A DNA stretch of 64,000 nucleotides from an uncultured Gammaproteobacteria bacterium (GTDB taxonomy: Bacteria; Pseudomonadota; Gammaproteobacteria; JABCZS01): the NCBI GenBank assembly GCA_963848305.1, contig CAWKDC010000003.1, positions 128,001 through 192,000 on the forward strand. Reading direction: 5' to 3'. Positions within the stretch are counted from its first letter, which is position 1. Every line of letters starts with the position of its first letter. Shown here one piece after another: positions 62,442 to 64,000 of the stretch. The position numbers and the translations under genes are program-made. The notes under the pieces were generated by a model. It made no database searches. It was not told the origin of the DNA and saw only the letters and a list, made by a program, of their open reading frames with translations.

Positions 62442-63279
62442 TAGCACATACATTGCCACACTGATCGTCAATCCCAGCACCGCATTGCCTTTAAAAAATG
62501 CCAGCGGTGAACGGGTGATCCATTGTTTCAATACCCATGGGTATAAAACGAAACACAGTATTGCGCCTATCAACCCCGCATAAAGGGTGGAAGTATGTGC
62601 CCCGGCAATCCCTAATAATACAAAGAAACCTGCATATCCTACACATAATGCAATATCCAGATATCGTCCCAAACTCAATGCGCTCGAACGCAGACCAATG
62701 CGTTGATCATCTTTTTGATCGGCCAATGCATACACGGTATCGTACGTGAAGTGTCCACACCACGCTCGCGAGATACAACGCAAAAGCGCGGGAAGACAAT
62801 GCGCCCGCTTGCGCGAACACCATCAAGACACCCATGTTGAAAGTGATGCCCAATATTAATTGAGGATAAGCAAAAAAGCGTTTGGTGAGGGGATACAATA
62901 CCGTTAATGCAGCGGCGAACAGTGCTAAACAACGCGCAGGATTGTTCAGGAAAAACAGCAATCCCAATAAACACACAGTTAAGATCAATAAAGCGCCATA
63001 TGCCTCAGTCACTGACACTGCACCTGTGACGAGTGGCCGTTGTTTCGTGCGTTCAACATGCCCATCAAACCCTCGATCACACAGATCATTGATGATGCAA
63101 CCCGCAGCGCGCGTCAACACCACACCAAGTGTGAATACGATGACCATCAAAATGGGGGGATGGCCTTGATACGCTAAGAGCAATGCCCATGACACAGGAA
63201 AAAATAATAAGAGCGTGCCGATCGGTTTATCAAACCGCATGAGTTGCCAATATGCGATGAATTTAGGTTGGGTCAGCAT
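62415..63279 (-). CDS. ubiA: 4-hydroxybenzoate polyprenyltransferase, 1-nt frameshift near 62750
   Basis: LMRFDKPIGTLLL, AGCIIND.CDR.FD.HVERT..RPL; removing one T restores W..TYDTVYA..D..DD. Confidence 0.92.
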
Positions 63280-63706
63280 GCAAAAAAATCTCCACGATAG
63301 ATATTCGTTCACCTTCAACGTCGTACACCCTTTCGCGTGCGGGAGTAATGGGCGGGAAGGGCAGGGGCGGTAATGTCAATGTAAGCGTATTCAGATCGCG
63401 CAAATTAAAACTGATTGCCTCGTGATGCGTCTGTTGAAACAACCAATCTCCCAATGGCTGATCACCCAGCGTGGCCAACCCAGGCAGACGCTTGTAGCTC
63501 TCGCTGCTCATGCGTGTTCGGGCAAAGACAATGGGCACGTCATCCCCCAGCATCAAGACTTCCCTGACCCAATCACCGTTTTGATGGGTTTCAGACAAAC
63601 GCTGAATTTGGACAGATGAGTAAGATTGACGCAGGGCCGCGGTTAAAGATCCTTCTACGGCCAGGAGTGCTTGAATCTTGGGCGCAAGAGTGCCATCATG
63701 CGTCAT
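63263..63706 (-). CDS. ubiC: Chorismate pyruvate-lyase
   Basis: GSLTA.L, WVREVLM, VFART, LGDQPLG.WLF, R.R, EIFL; upstream of ubiA; start uncertain. Confidence 0.85.
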   Translation of the reverse strand: MTHDGTLAPKIQALLAVEGSLTAALRQSYSSVQIQRLSETHQNGDWVREVLMLGDDVPIVFARTRMSSESYKRLPGLATLGDQPLGDWLFQQTHHEAISFNLRDLNTLTLTLPPLPFPPITPARERVYDVEGERISIVEIFLHADPT

Positions 63707-63726
63707 CGCAAGAGGAGAAGCGGGAC

Positions 63727-64000
63727 ATGGCATCACACAGTTCTTTGGCATTGTTGCGGGTACTCGCTGATGGAGAGTTTCATTCCGGGGCATCCCTGGC
63801 TGCCCAGTTTAACATGACTCGCGCAGGGGTTCATCACCATATTGATGTGTTACGTGGACAGGGCGTGCCTTTTGAAGGCGTTCCCAAAAAAGGGTACCGT
63901 ATTCCAGGCGGTATGTCGTTATTGGATGAAGCGGGATTGGCTGAAAGCTTGCCCGGTATCGATATTCATTATCATGACACACTTCCTTCAACCCAAGACT
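63727..64000 (+). CDS. birA: Biotin--protein ligase/repressor, 5' part (runs off window)
   Basis: MASHSSLALLRVLADGEFHSGASLA....TRAGV...I..L....GYR...PST is a BirA wHTH plus ligase start; AGGAG RBS; not in the ORF track. Confidence 0.88.
   Translation, partial: MASHSSLALLRVLADGEFHSGASLAAQFNMTRAGVHHHIDVLRGQGVPFEGVPKKGYRIPGGMSLLDEAGLAESLPGIDIHYHDTLPSTQD

Overview
Chromosomal window of a gammaproteobacterium. AddAB instead of RecBCD, a PmrA/QseB-type regulator, tandem TyrP-family permeases and effector-like orphans suggest a Legionellales/Coxiellales-like host-associated organism (inference). The backbone is housekeeping: an O-antigen/LPS cluster (rfbB, glycosyltransferases, manC, wzt/wzm, wecA, ugd, galU), mltB-rodA-mrdA-rlmH-rsfS, holA-lptE-leuS-ptrB, addBA, rarA, pssA, xseA, guaBA, tadA, fabV, pabA/trpG, rlpA, tRNA-Asn, aspC, uvrB, zapD, ubiCA and birA. 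The most unusual region is a ~7 kb insert between rsfS and holA, where nadD usually lies. It carries a stand-alone VgrG/gp5-like spike gene, a tandem array of REPIN-like palindromes, a ~1480-aa biotin-dependent carboxylase with a permuted domain order (CT-BCCP-BC) and an RI-like LRR protein. Other accessory items are a compact six-gene shikimate operon without aroK, an ERIC-like MITE whose end supplies the RBS in both copies, GTAG-type REPs that supply stop codons, and large orphan proteins. Nine short indels in conserved genes look like long-read assembly errors. All calls come from motif recognition by eye; no database searches were run.
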